DNA from: Eledone cirrhosa
Taxonomy: Eukaryota
Reading direction: 5' to 3'
DNA length: 64,000 nt
Assembly (NCBI GenBank): GCA_964016885.1
Contig: OZ024743.1
Location: forward strand, 268,522,001-268,586,000
The notes beneath the pieces were generated by a model. That model made no database searches. It saw only the letters and a program-made list of their open reading frames with translations, and was not told the origin of the DNA. The translations under genes and the position numbers were made by a program. Shown in pieces: positions 27,055 to 39,172 of this stretch (within the stretch, counting starts at the first letter, position 1; every line of letters starts with the position of its first letter).

Positions 27055-28905
27055 TTAGGGAGAAGTGTTTAGACGGGGTCCGTATTTGTTAATGAAGTAA
27101 GATTCCTTGCTGATGCGCTGGGTGTGGGTGGCATTATCTTTAAATTTGTAAAGGGGAAAGATTCTGAAGTTGGGATGATTTTGGGCGGCACAGGTATCAA
27201 TGTGTTCACTCAGTGGTATTTTCCTGTATTCCCGTATTTTAATTTGGGATCTATGGACAGTCATGCGTTGGCGGAGGCTGGTTTTGGTCTGGCCTATGTA
27301 TTGTTCTCGACAACCTGAGCAAGTTAATACATATATTAGATTTTCCGATGCACATGTGAAATTGTGTTTTACTATAAAACGTTGTCCTGCTTTGAAATAG
27401 AATTCCGAACCCTCTATTAGGTTGATGCAAATGCCACAGTTGGGTCTATTGCATTTTTTTACTGTGGGTTTCGTTGTTGCGGTTGGCAGTACTTTGGCAT
27501 GTGTTAGGATGTTTTTCATTGACTTGGATTGTCTTTTGCTCTTTATGATATCGTGTGTTCGTAGGATTTGGTTCATTCTATGGTCCTTTTTCAACACAGG
27601 GATGTTCTGAAGGATGGTGTCAAAGGCCTCATTGTTGAGGGGGTTGTGTGTGGAGATGTATGGAAGAGCTTTTAGTTTCGGTTGATTTACTTTAGGGTGT
27701 CTAAGTTCCTGGGTACTGAGTTTTAGGGCACGTTGGATTCCATTGTCAATTAGTGATGCAGGGTAGTCCCTGCCTATGAGTGTGTCCTTTAGTTCTTGTA
27801 GCCGTAAGTAGCAGGTGTTTTTATTGGAGACTATAATACAGATTCTCTTGGCTAAGTTGTAGGGAATATTAATTTTAACGTGTCTAGGGTGGCAAGAGTT
27901 GAAAGGGAGATATTGCTTGGAGTCTGTGGGCTTGTAGTATATGTCTGTTTCTATTTTTTTGTTATGGATCTTAATGAGGATGTCGAGGAAGGGGAGTTGT
28001 TGATGGCTGTATTCCATCGTGAAGTTAATATTCGTGTTGAGCCCATTTATAAGGGTGTGAAATTCTTTAAGTTTTTCGATGTCTTCGTGCCAAAGGATGA
28101 AGCAGTCATCTAGATATCGCTTCCAGTTCCTTTCAATGTGTAAGTGGAGGGTGTTTCCAAATGTGTTTAGGACTTTAGTGTAGAGGGTGATTTCCAGGTA
28201 TCCCATGAGTAGGTTGGCATAAGTGGGGGCTGTTTTCGTTCCCATAGCGGTCCCAGATTTCTGCCTGTAGGGTTTGTTATTGAAAACGAAGTAATTGTTC
28301 TCCAATATAAATTTGAGTCCCTCTATCACGAATTCTTTTTTGATGCGTTGTGGGAGTTCATTGTGGAAATTATCCAGCCAGAATTGGATAGCTTCTATTT
28401 CTAGGTTGTGGGGGATGTTGGAGTATAGGTTGACTACATCGAACGTCACTAGTAGGGTTTGTTCAGAAAGTGGCATATTAGGGAGGTGATTGAGCATATC
28501 TAGGTCGTCCCTTATATAGCTTTTGATGTGTTTGAGAAAGGGTTTGAGGAGGGTATCAATGGAGTTGCTAAGGCGGTGGGTTTCGCAAGCGGGGCCTGCT
28601 ATTATAGGTCTTAATTTGAGATCATTGGGTGAGGGGACATTGATGACTATGTCTGTGGCTTCCTTGCATGCCTTACTTATTAATTCGCTTTTATGTACTT
28701 TAGGGATACCGTAGAAAAGGCTGCATTTACTTGTGAAGTCTGTGATGAAGCTGAATTCCTTGTTAGTGAGTCCTTCTTTGTATTGGTTGATTAGAGTTTT
28801 TAGGTTTCTCATAATTTTCTGTTGATTGTAGTGTTCAGCCTTTTCGTAGAATGTTTCGTTTTCCAAAGTGTAGAGCGCTAAGTTGATATAGAATTCTGTC
28901 TCCAT
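27055..28905 (-). CDS. Penelope-like RT + GIY-YIG endonuclease (open part of a longer disrupted ORF)
   Basis: FYGIPKVHK, LRPII, FDVVNLYSNIP, GTAMG, YLDD, PFLD, YYKPTD, SCHP, CxxxxCxxC, NLIYVLTC..C...YIGQT; upstream IKEADKGSTVV and LLSKGLKFTPTP lie to ~29330 beyond a stop. Confidence 0.93.
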   Translation of the reverse strand: METEFYINLALYTLENETFYEKAEHYNQQKIMRNLKTLINQYKEGLTNKEFSFITDFTSKCSLFYGIPKVHKSELISKACKEATDIVINVPSPNDLKLRPIIAGPACETHRLSNSIDTLLKPFLKHIKSYIRDDLDMLNHLPNMPLSEQTLLVTFDVVNLYSNIPHNLEIEAIQFWLDNFHNELPQRIKKEFVIEGLKFILENNYFVFNNKPYRQKSGTAMGTKTAPTYANLLMGYLEITLYTKVLNTFGNTLHLHIERNWKRYLDDCFILWHEDIEKLKEFHTLINGLNTNINFTMEYSHQQLPFLDILIKIHNKKIETDIYYKPTDSKQYLPFNSCHPRHVKINIPYNLAKRICIIVSNKNTCYLRLQELKDTLIGRDYPASLIDNGIQRALKLSTQELRHPKVNQPKLKALPYISTHNPLNNEAFDTILQNIPVLKKDHRMNQILRTHDIIKSKRQSKSMKNILTHAKVLPTATTKPTVKKCNRPNCGICINLIEGSEFYFKAGQRFIVKHNFTCASENLIYVLTCSGCREQYIGQTKTSLRQRMTVHRSQIKIREYRKIPLSEHIDTCAAQNHPNFRIFPLYKFKDNATHTQRISKESYFINKYGPRLNTSP

Positions 28906-29903
28906 TAGGACTACTGTACTCCCTTTATCAGCCTCTTTAATTGTAATGGTTCTGTCGGTTTTTAAGCTATTTAATTCTTCCCATTCTTTCTTGTTGAGGT
29001 TTGGCTTGTGTCTTTGTCTGTGCTAGTGTTGGTAAGGGAAGTTTGTGATGTGTTCACAGAATTCGTCCAGGATTTTATTTCTACCTTTTAAAGGGGTGTA
29101 ATTGCTTCTATTTCTGGCTAATGATTCATCCTCATTGTACTGGTCGAATAGTTGTTCACTAAGTCGTAACTTTCTACAGAAGTCTGTGATGTCTTCCTTC
29201 ATTTCATAGTAGTTAGGACGTAGTGGGGTCGGTGTGAATTTAAGACCTTTGGAGAGTAAGTTGATAAGGTTGGGTGTTGGTTCTGCACTAGTAAGATTGA
29301 TAATTTTTATTACTATCGGTTTCTCCTCCCTGTCTTGTGTTATTTTGTTTGCCTGTATCTGTGTGCTGTGTCTAAAAAATGGTTGGGGTAGAGGGGTTGT
29401 CTGCTGATGTTAAGTGGTCTCCTGTGTTTGTTATATTCCTTGTTGTTGTAAAATGTGGTTCGGGTTGGTGGTTGTATATTGAATGGGGTGTTCCTGTACT
29501 GCGAGTATGGGTGTGTGTTTCTATGTGCCATGTTGTATTGTGGTGTTATAAGTGGCCTACGTTGTTGGTTGTATCGTGTGGTGTGGGTTTGTTGTGTATT
29601 GTGGAAGCGAGAGTTGAGAAAATGGTAATTACCTTGCTGTCCCCTTGAAGCGGGGAGTTGTTACATCTATCATGGTGGTGGTATCTTTTCCCTATGTTTG
29701 ACGATTAGGCATCCGCGTAGTAGTTGAGTGATTTGGTATGGTGTATCCTTGAAGGGGGAAAGTTGTAAATGTTATTCTGGGGGAGATGATTTCTTGAGTT
29801 TTTGTTCCTTCTTATGGTAGCGAGGTTGGGAAGTTCATCTTCGGTGTGGTGCTTCCTTCTTCGTTTGTTAGTGGCTTGGGGGTTTGAGAAGTTGTTGTGC
29901 GGT

Positions 29904-30645
29904 TCAGTTATGGGTTTTCCTTTTTTTTATGAACGGGTTATTGGAGGTGTAATCCGTTTGAAAAGTCGATTCATAGTGTAGGAACCAAGCGGCACTTTTT
30001 TCCCAGCGTTGAAGGGATTTCAGTTCTTCTCTGTTGCAGTCCCCTTTCCATAATTTGGAGATCTTCTCTTCCTTGGGGGCCTTCAGTTTTGTTGTTGATT
30101 TCCAGGAGGATCTCTTCATCGATGGTTTTGATTTTTTCCTCATTTGTCTGGGCCCTCAGTTTAAGAAGTTCAATTTCTGTCTTCATTTTTTCCAATCTTT
30201 CCCTAAGGTGTCTTTGAGGTTCGGGTTCATTTGGAATGGAGTTTATTTGTAGTTTAAGGGGGAGAGTTAGAGGGGTTGAGTTAAGCCATTTTTCATATAT
30301 CTCTGCTTTGTTGTGATTTTGTATCATCTTCCAGAATGAGAACTTTCTGTCTCTGAGGGATTTGTTCCATTTTGGAATTGTTCGAATTTTCATTTTGTAT
30401 GAATCAATCTCACATGGTTCTTCGTTGGTTTTTCCTGGGTTGGTAGCAGTGAACATAGTTTGGATAGTATCGCAAAGGTTTTGGAGTTTGTCGCCGATTT
30501 CGGAGGGTTTGTATCCGGTGGCGGTTTCCTTATTTGTGGAGTCAAGTTTGTCGACCAGCAAAGATAGGTTGGTGTTGATTTTCTTGAGTTCCTGTAGGAT
30601 CTCTTCATTTGTGTTGATGAGGGTTGTATCCGTTTTTGTTGGCAT
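29904..30645 (-). pseudogene. N-terminal/upstream helical coding region of the PLE, frameshifted near 30080
   Basis: ATG at 30645 (MPTK...); coiled-coil-like RLEKMKTEIELLKLRAQTNEEKIKTIDEEI; continuation LWKGDCNREELKSLQRWEKSAAWFLHYE in another frame. Confidence 0.6.
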
Positions 30646-30706
30646 TTTCTGTATCTCGTGTGAGGATATGATAGTTAAAAGAATAGAGGTATAACACACA
30701 AGTTAT

Positions 30707-31305
30707 TATATATTGGTAAACGGAATAGAAAATGCTGACAAATTGTTCACAGTTGAAAAATGGTTTAATTAGGAATAAAAGAGTATTAGTAATTGTATGG
30801 GTTAGTATTCAGTTGTGGTTTTAAGTCTTAAAGTTTTTACCGGTTGCGCATTTCTAAATGCTTTTCAAAAATAATTTTGAGATAGAGTGTCCGTGTTGTT
30901 TGCTCTGATCTGATTAGTTTTGGGAATTCTACCTCTTTTTATGTTAAAAAAAGTGGCTCCAGCGCTACTTTGGTGTTGCAAAAATTCTTGTGGTCAAAAC
31001 AATTTTGATTGGTCGGTAGAGGTCATGTGAATGTAAAAAATTGATTTTGCGCCAAGACTGAGAAATGACTCTTTCACAACAAATATGTGTGTGTGTGTGT
31101 GTGTGTAGTAGTAGTAAGGTGTTCGATGTTGTGATAATGGTTAGCATGGATGTGTGTCAAATGGCTATTGAGATAAGTGTGTGTGTGTGTGTGTGTATAG
31201 CAGAGTAATTCGTGGTAGCAGGGATGGTCAGTAGGAATGTGTCTGTAAGCAGTGGGGGGTATTAGCAGGTCAAAAGATATTTTTCAGCTTTTGTCTTATA
31301 CGGAG

Positions 31306-31312
<7 letters not shown>
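30707..31312 (-). repeat. 5' pLTR of the Penelope element
   Basis: Direct repeat of 25921-26664. Confidence 0.9.
30834..30872 (-). ncRNA. Minimal hammerhead-like motif in 5' pLTR (U3-A8, GCAA)
   Basis: Same core as 26047-26084. Confidence 0.62.
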
Positions 31313-31340
<28 letters not shown>

Positions 31341-31382
31341 ACCTCTATTCTTTTAACTATATATATATATATATATATTATT

Positions 31383-31472
31383 CCGAGGTTGACTTTGCCT
31401 TTCATTCTCGATAAAATAAAGTACCAGTAATGCACTGGGTAATTGCTGGCCTTGTGCCTAAAGTAGAAACAA
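31383..31472 (+). mobile_element. Partial SINE family A
   Basis: Core (with deletion) plus tail. Confidence 0.75.
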
Positions 31473-32387
31473 TTATTATTTTATTATTTTATTTTATTAT
31501 TATTATTATTTTATTTTATCTTATTCTTTTATTTCCGGATTTTAAAACTCGGGTTCTGGTGTTTTACACTCCACCCTTGTCTCATTTGCTCTTAAAACAC
31601 ACCACACCATGATAGTGTAAAGATTATGATCCTTTGTACTTTTTGATTCTGGCACACAGCCTTTCTACTTCGGCCAATATCTTCCAAATCTTTCAAACTT
31701 TGAGATTGGTTATAACACACACGCATGTTATATGATTATCTTATTTTATTCTTTTATTATCTTATTCCTTTTACTAATTTATTTTTTTGTTTATTTATAT
31801 ATTTTTTTTACTTTTTTATTTCTTTATTTTATTCTTTTATACTTTTTTAGTTTTTTACCTTTTCATTTTATTTTTCTCTTAATTTTTTTATTTTTTTATT
31901 TTCTTCATTTTATTGCCTTATATTCTTTTAGTTCCTCATTTTACTTTATTTTATTTCTTCATCTGCTTGGCACAACACCCCCCACCATCACCACCACCAC
32001 CACCTCCACCGCGAGAAATAGTGGCAGCATAGATGCCAACACACACACACAAATTCTTCTAAAAATAGCAGCAGCCGGACTTATGCTGACCCCAACACCA
32101 ATACCACTACCAACATAAGGGAGGAGGTCAACTATACTTTACAAAAACAACCACTACATATTGCCTCGCCTCAGAAAGAAATTCTATAGACTTTGACTGA
32201 GGAATTTTCTCACAACTGACCAATGGGAGGAGAGGGTGTATTTGACGCTGAAACTCGTTTGTTCGAATTCATATGATTCCAGTTCCTCAGAGAAATAACA
32301 ACCCAACCCGGAACTGGGCATATCGGAATATTGACGGAGTTAAACACCTCAACAACATGTGTACCCGTATCTACCACACCAATTCGG

Positions 32388-32442
32388 ACTGCCTGAAGAG
32401 GTCACAGCCAAAGATGGCTGTCACCGAAATATATATAGCAGT
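32388..32442 (+). ncRNA. Minimal type-I hammerhead ribozyme, canonical core
   Basis: ACUGC-CUGAAGA-GGUCACAGCCA/UGGCUGUCACC-GAAA-UAUAUA-UA|GCAGU. Confidence 0.88.
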
Positions 32443-32820
32443 AATAAACGAAGTCAAATTTTTAATATTTGAATTATATATTTTATATTATATATATATA
32501 TATATAAAATAAAATATATTTCCCCTCTCTCTATCTCTATATTTCTCTCTCTTGTTTTTTTCTCTCTGTCTGGTGGTTTGATATCTCTCTGTTGTTTTCC
32601 TCTGTTTTCTTTTTTTCTTTTTTTCTTTTTTCTTTCTTATTTTTCTTTATTTATCTCTCCCTTTCTTTTCTCCACGTTTCTCTCTCTCTCCGTCTTTTTA
32701 CTTCTCCTTAACACAACGACTTACTAAAATAAACAAACCACTATCCTGATGTCTTCATAAAGTAACGGTTGCATTTTGAAAGGGTACGTCATTGTTTATT
32801 TATAAAACTGGTATATATTG

Positions 32821-32885
32821 TATTTTGTCTGATGAAGGCATACCATAATTTAACTTGGTATCCTTGAAATATGTATAATGAAATA
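32821..32885 (+). ncRNA. Minimal type-I hammerhead ribozyme (3650 family)
   Basis: UAUUUUGU-CUGAUGA-AGG(C)AUACCA/UGGUAUCCU(U)-GAAA-UAUGUA-UA|AUGAAAUA; downstream ACTCCA...GAGTGCTTT shared with 3770-3800. Confidence 0.78.
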
Positions 32886-33193
32886 AATATGGTTTTATAA
32901 ATATAGTTTCTATTTGTTAATATCGTATATCTACTCCAAATACTTGTCGAGTGCTTTATATCAGTTATAAAAATATTTGCTTGTTGTATCCCAACAATTT
33001 AAATAGAACTTTTGCATATATATATATATATATATATAACTACATAGAGGGAGAAAGCTATTAGCGATACTCCGACCAAACGTTAGGAAATACCGGAGTA
33101 TATTCCCAATTAAACATTTTGAGTGCTAACTATAACGTATTGTGTGGATAATTGGCTGTATTATTTTATATGAGATGTATTAAAGATCTCATG

Positions 33194-33262
<69 letters not shown>

Positions 33263-33309
33263 TATCTGAATATATATATATATATATATACATACAAACA
33301 TACATAGGG

Positions 33310-33961
33310 TAAACCTAACCCTAACACTAACACTAAACCTAACCCTGACCCTAACCCTAACCCTAGCCCTAACCCTAACTCCAAACCCTAACCATAACCC
33401 TAACCTTAAACCTAAACCTAACACTAACACTAAACATAACCATAACACTAATCCTAAATTTAACCCTGACTCTAAACCCTAAATCAAACCCTAACCCTAA
33501 CCCTAACCCTCACCCTAACCCTAACACTAACCCTAAACCCTAAACATAAACCTAACCCTAACACTAACACAAATCCTAAACCCTAACACTAACCTTAACC
33601 CTAACCCTAACCCCAACACTAACCCTAACCCTAACCCTAAACCTAACCCTACCGTTAACCCTAACCTTAAACCCTAAACCTAAACCTAACCCTAACCCTA
33701 ACCCTAAATCCTAAACCTAACCCTAACCCTAACCCTAACCCTAACACTAAACCCTAAACATAACCCTAATCCTAAACCCTAACCCTAACCCTAAACCCTA
33801 ACACTAAAAACTAACCCTAACCCTAACCCTAACTTTAAACCCTAAACCCTAACCCTAAACCCTAAACGCTAAACCCTAAACCTAACCCTAAACCCTAAAC
33901 TTAACGCTAACCCCTAAACCTTAAACCTTAAACCCTAAACCCTAACCCTAAACCTAACCCT
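33310..33961. repeat. Degenerate interstitial telomeric (CCCTAA)n tract
   Basis: ~650 bp of CCCTAA/CCCTAAA/CACTAA variants. Confidence 0.92.
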
Positions 33962-33979
33962 ATATATATAAAAGAAATA

Positions 33980-34153
33980 ATTGTTCTACTTTAGGCACAA
34001 GGCCAGCAAATACCCAGTGCATTACTGGTACTTTATTTTATCGACCCCGTAAGGATGAAAGGCAAAGTCAACCTCGGCGGGATTTGAACTCAGATCGTAA
34101 AGGGACGTAACTATGCTGGAAAGAGTGACGTCCGACCCTCTACCGATACTGCC
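33980..34153 (-). mobile_element. SINE family A copy
   Basis: Reverse complement of consensus. Confidence 0.88.
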
Positions 34154-34246
34154 AAAAAGAAATAATATTTCGCTTCAAGCATAGCTTTATACAATATGAT
34201 TAGAAATTTCGTATTTCTAAAGAAATATGGTTTTAGGAAGGGAGGG

Positions 34247-34290
34247 ACCGTCCTGATGTAGGCCAGTCAAGTCTGAAATGCATAGACGGT
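34247..34290 (+). ncRNA. Minimal hammerhead (A9U in this copy)
   Basis: ACCGUC-CUGAUGU-AGGC/GUCU-GAAA-UGCA-UA|GACGGU. Confidence 0.75.
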
Positions 34291-34561
34291 GTCCCCCCTG
34301 CTTCTGCTGGACACCACCAGAGATGTTAGCCCCGGTGTTTGCATAGTTAGGGCTTCCTAAAACCGTATTTCTTTGGAAATACGAAATTTCTATACATATT
34401 GTATAAAGCTATGCTTGAAGCGAAATCCTATTTCTTTTCTATTATAAGTTGAACCAACTTATGCAGCTTCATATGCAAATGAGATTAATCACCTCATTAA
34501 CACAAGAAAACTATATATTCTCGTTTGTTTTCAAGTCCAGCAGTAGCAAGCGGTGGGAGGG

Positions 34562-34605
34562 ACCGTCCTGACGAATGCCAGATAAGCCTGAAATGCATAG
34601 ACGGT
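34562..34605 (+). ncRNA. Minimal hammerhead ribozyme
   Basis: ACCGUC-CUGACGA-AUGC/GCCU-GAAA-UGCA-UA|GACGGU. Confidence 0.8.
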
Positions 34606-34732
34606 TGCCCCCCTTGCTTCTGCTGGACACCACCAGAGGGCGTTAGCCCCCCCCCCCCCCCCGGTGTTTACATAGCTACGACTTCCTAAAACCGTATTTC
34701 TTTAGAAATACGAAATTTCTATACATATTATA

Positions 34733-34773
<41 letters not shown>

Positions 34774-34857
34774 ATAATAATAAATTCGAAGCCTAAAATC
34801 CAAAGAGGGCTCGATAAGGATAGATATATATCAAATTTATAAGAACCCTAGAGCAAA

Positions 34858-35408
<551 letters not shown>

Positions 35409-35490
35409 TATATACACACCATCGACAATGAGTTGACACACACACACACATTCATATAGTATATATATATATAAACATTATATATACATA

Positions 35491-36325
35491 TACGTGGTGG
35501 GTCAGAAAAGATCCAGGAATGATGTCACAAAAGATTTATTTCGCCTGGAGTATGTAACTGTAATCTTAGTTCTCTGCAGCGATCAAACTTTTTCCTTCAT
35601 AATTTTATATACATGTCCTCTGTTTCAGGTCGTCAAGCAATGAGCACAGAGCAACGAACAAACTTGAAGTTTCTGGTACGGTTGGGGAAAACTCCGTCAA
35701 AAACACTGGGATTGCTGCAGCAAGTGTATAGGGGTGAGACGATGTCACGATCACGTGTTTTTGAGTGGTGCAAGATGACCTCAGGAGCGGAAGGCCCTAA
35801 ACAACTAGGACTGAGGTCAACGTTGAGCGCGTCAGGCAGATGGTGCGTAGCGATCGTCGGATGACTGTTCGACTGAGGGCAAACAAGCTGAGCATGGATC
35901 GGGACAGCGTCTGGAAGATTATCACTGAAGATGCGGAAAGTCTGCGCGAAGATGATGCCAAAACTGCTGAACGATGACCTGAAGGGTTGACGCATGCAAG
36001 TGTGCCAGAACATCCTCGAGCGTCTTGAAACCGAACCAGACTTGCTAGGGAGAGTCAACACCGGTGATGAGTCATGGATCTTCGAGTACGACCCGGAGGG
36101 GACCCGTTTTGAAGACGTGGACGACATCAAAAAGGCCGTGACGACGGAACTGCGGAGGATCACGGAAGATTCCTTCCAGGAGTGCATGCAAGCGTGGCAG
36201 AAAAGGATGGAAAAGTGCATTAGATTCCAGGGGGATTACTTTCAAGGAGAAAACTCTTAGTGTGAAGTTTGGGTTTGAAATAAATCTTTTGTGACATCAG
36301 TCCTGGAACTTTTCTGACCTACCTC

Positions 36326-36328
<3 letters not shown>
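35491..36328 (+). mobile_element. Internally deleted mariner DNA transposon
   Basis: ~50-bp TIRs TACGTGGTGGGTCAGAAAAG.TCCAGGA.TGATGTCACAAAAGATTTATT in TA context; transposase remnants EQRTNLKF..MSRSRVFEW, TGDESWIFEYDPE, GTRFEDVDDIK..WQKRMEKCI..GDYF. Confidence 0.92.
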
Positions 36329-36382
<54 letters not shown>

Positions 36383-36807
36383 TACATAAATATGATTTAT
36401 TCGGTATATTTTTATAAACATTGTAATTTCTCCCACATGGTCATAGCAAAATATATTAAAGGGAATTATATACGTGTATGCCATATCCTTTATCATAACC
36501 TCTTTGGGAATAAAATTGAGCAGATGAAAACTGTACGTAACCATATTGAATGGACTCTATCTTTTCTTGATCGTATCACTTAAGCTATCGCTCTGTTAAA
36601 ATCCCAGCCCTAAGCCTGTCAATGGTCGCTTTGTTACAAGATTCTCATCAAGTGTCCAGTTTGAGATGTACTCTATATGTGACGCATTGGTTACTATTCT
36701 ACGGTGTTTCTTCAGCCCTTACAAAAGTGCGATTCATCCTCTACTGACTGAAACATTAAACGCCGAAAACCCCAAAGGCACAGAAACGTTGAAACTCGTG
36801 TCTTTAA

Positions 36808-37022
36808 CCCTTTAGCATTTACATTACTCTGTATTTACTATTGTATTTTCACGGCTTTATCTCACAAAATTATCCCATATAATATTGAAGCAAGGAGATT
36901 TTGATTGTATTTATTTCGAGAACAATACCTTAACATCGGTATGAGTGGCTAGTTACGGCCAGTTTCAACAGAAAGAGGTGAGAGGATTCTGGCCAGATAC
37001 GGCCGGTTTAAATGCTAAAGGG
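36808..37022. mobile_element. piggyBac-type MITE
   Basis: 14-bp TIR CCCTTTAGCATTTA with TTAA on both sides. Confidence 0.85.
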
Positions 37023-37701
37023 TTAATTACGACTTGATCTTAGTTTTTTTTTTTTTTTTTTTTTTTGATTTCTTGTTTTTTCTTATTTTGTTGGGGGGGG
37101 GGGGTAACTCTTGAAATTTTCAATATTTCATTAAAGTTAACAGAACAACTCTTTCTCAGAAATGAATATTTGGTATGTTTCATTCTTGCTTGTTTGTTAG
37201 TAGTAGGCGAATTTTTTTTTCTTTTTACTGTTTTTCATATGGCTTTCTAATCTTTAGAAATATCCATCTTTTTCAGCGAGAAGGAATCAAGGCCTTGCTC
37301 TTAATTACTCATTGAGTTGTGAGTTCATTGCTATGTAGATTGACAAGAGTAAAAATAAAGCTTCGCATAGCTTTTATTAAATCAATTTTCATATGACGAA
37401 AAAACAAATAACACAATGCGAACTAATCAAAGCAAAAATAAATACATAAATCACAAATAAAATATCAGTTCCCGTTATATAAAACAAAAACATTCAGAAA
37501 ATAACACTGAACAAACGTGTAATTAAATGATTCATTTATTCAATAAAGTCATTGCTGTTGTCAGTAATAATATAATATATATATACAATATTTCCAGTGA
37601 TAATTTCATTTGTCTAAGAAGTACTTCAACTCAATTGTGCGTTATAATGATAATGTGGTAATGGCGTCTTAGTTCACAATTACAAAACATACATATATAC
37701 A

Positions 37702-37743
<42 letters not shown>

Positions 37744-37808
37744 TATATGCATGTGTGTGTGTGCGAGTATGTGTATATGTATGTATTATATGTATATAAG
37801 TATATATG

Positions 37809-37839
<31 letters not shown>

Positions 37840-38266
37840 ATGTATGCATACATACATGGATATGTGTGTTTTTCCTCTGTGTGTAATGAATAATTGGATG
37901 TTATAATTATATATATAGATATTTGTTGGCATTAGGCAGAGTACTTAGATACAGGAATTCAATGATACTATTTAATGTAACTAATGGAGAGCAATCTGCA
38001 ATATCGGAAAAAAAAACAGAAACACTCTGTGTTAAAGGAACTCTTTGCAAAAATAGTAGAGCTGTCATTAGTTTGAACTGCGCTGGGTTTCTATGGAGTA
38101 AGAATAAGACTTGAGAATTTATTCAGATACGGGGAAGGCAAATATACTTTTATTCCTCAGTTGCACTGCCGTAATGTTTTTACCTCAGAGCTTTCCACCT
38201 TTTCTTCAATGGAACAACCTGTTCATTAGAATGAACCTGCAAGTGACTGAGCATTCAACAGACATG

Positions 38267-38268
<2 letters not shown>

Positions 38269-38298
<30 letters not shown>

Positions 38299-38850
38299 CT
38301 TCTTCTTCTTCTTCTTCTTCTTCTTCTTCTTCTTCTTCTTCTTCTTCCAACGGGTCTGTCGGAAGCAACCATCCCCAAATGATCCGGTTTGATGCCCTAG
38401 CGAAACCAGCCGAGCTCATGGATGTTATTCAAGCATCTTGCTCGGGGTCTACCCCCGGGTCTCCTGCCGGTTGGTTTTGCCCGCAAAATCTGTACAGGGA
38501 TTCTTTCCTGAAACATTTTAATCACATGCCCGTAATATCGGAGCTGTAATCTCCAAATTCGGAGAAGTAGCGGCTCTACCTGGAGCGACTATTTGATCTC
38601 TGAGCTACGGATTCTCCTGTGAAGGAACCCTGTTTCGGCTGCTTGTATTAGCAATCGTATTCTTCTGCACAATACCCAAGATTCATGACCATATCTAAGG
38701 ATTAACATAAATACCGAATTGGAGATAGTGAGTTTAACTTTTACACCTACATCCTTTCTTCTGAATACAAAATTTTGAAGCTGGCGCATTACTGCACCAG
38801 CTCCTGCAATACTTGCATTTAATTCACCCTTCCACCTTCTATCACTCGTG
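38269..38850 (-). pseudogene. 3' fragment of an RTE-type LINE with (GAA)n tail
   Basis: KVKL...ILRYGHESWVL...IQAAETGFL; (CTT)n at 38269-38347 is the tail. Confidence 0.8.
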
Positions 38851-39172
38851 TAACGCATGCGCAGTCCAAGTACACGGAAACAAGATGGTGCAAACAGAAC
38901 AAAGGAGAGACACAAAGTAACAACAAAACTAGTCACTGAGGAGGCCAGAGAAAGTGTGAGGAAAGACCTTTGACAATCAAGAACAAAACAATCATCCGGT
39001 TATTAATCTAACTGGGAAATTTTAATAATAAATTGAAATGAAACCTAAACAGGTGCGTGTGTTTCATTTTATTAGCAACATGACCCCGCCCACCACAAAG
39101 TAGAATAATATCTGATTCAACACACGTTTTCAGATACAAAATCTTGCAAAATAAATACAAAAGCGAAACTTA
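38848..39172 (+). mobile_element. pLTR-like module with degenerate HHR at 38932-38974
   Basis: GUCA-CUGAGGA-...-GAAA-GACC-UU|UGAC; homologous to the minus strand of 14868-15210. Confidence 0.62.

Larger units (their letters stand above)
25921..31360 (-). mobile_element. Penelope-like retroelement, near full-length, between direct pseudo-LTRs
   Basis: RT+GIY-YIG ORF; direct repeats 25921-26664 and 30707-31312, each with an HHR-like motif; 30-bp inverted tail at 31331-31360; flanked by (TA)n. Confidence 0.93.
34158..34729 (+). mobile_element. Tandem HHR-bearing 315-nt unit with inverted 5' flap (retrozyme/pLTR-like)
   Basis: Unit 34240-34554 partly repeated at 34555-34729; 34158-34240 is an inverted copy of 34353-34436. 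Confidence 0.82.
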
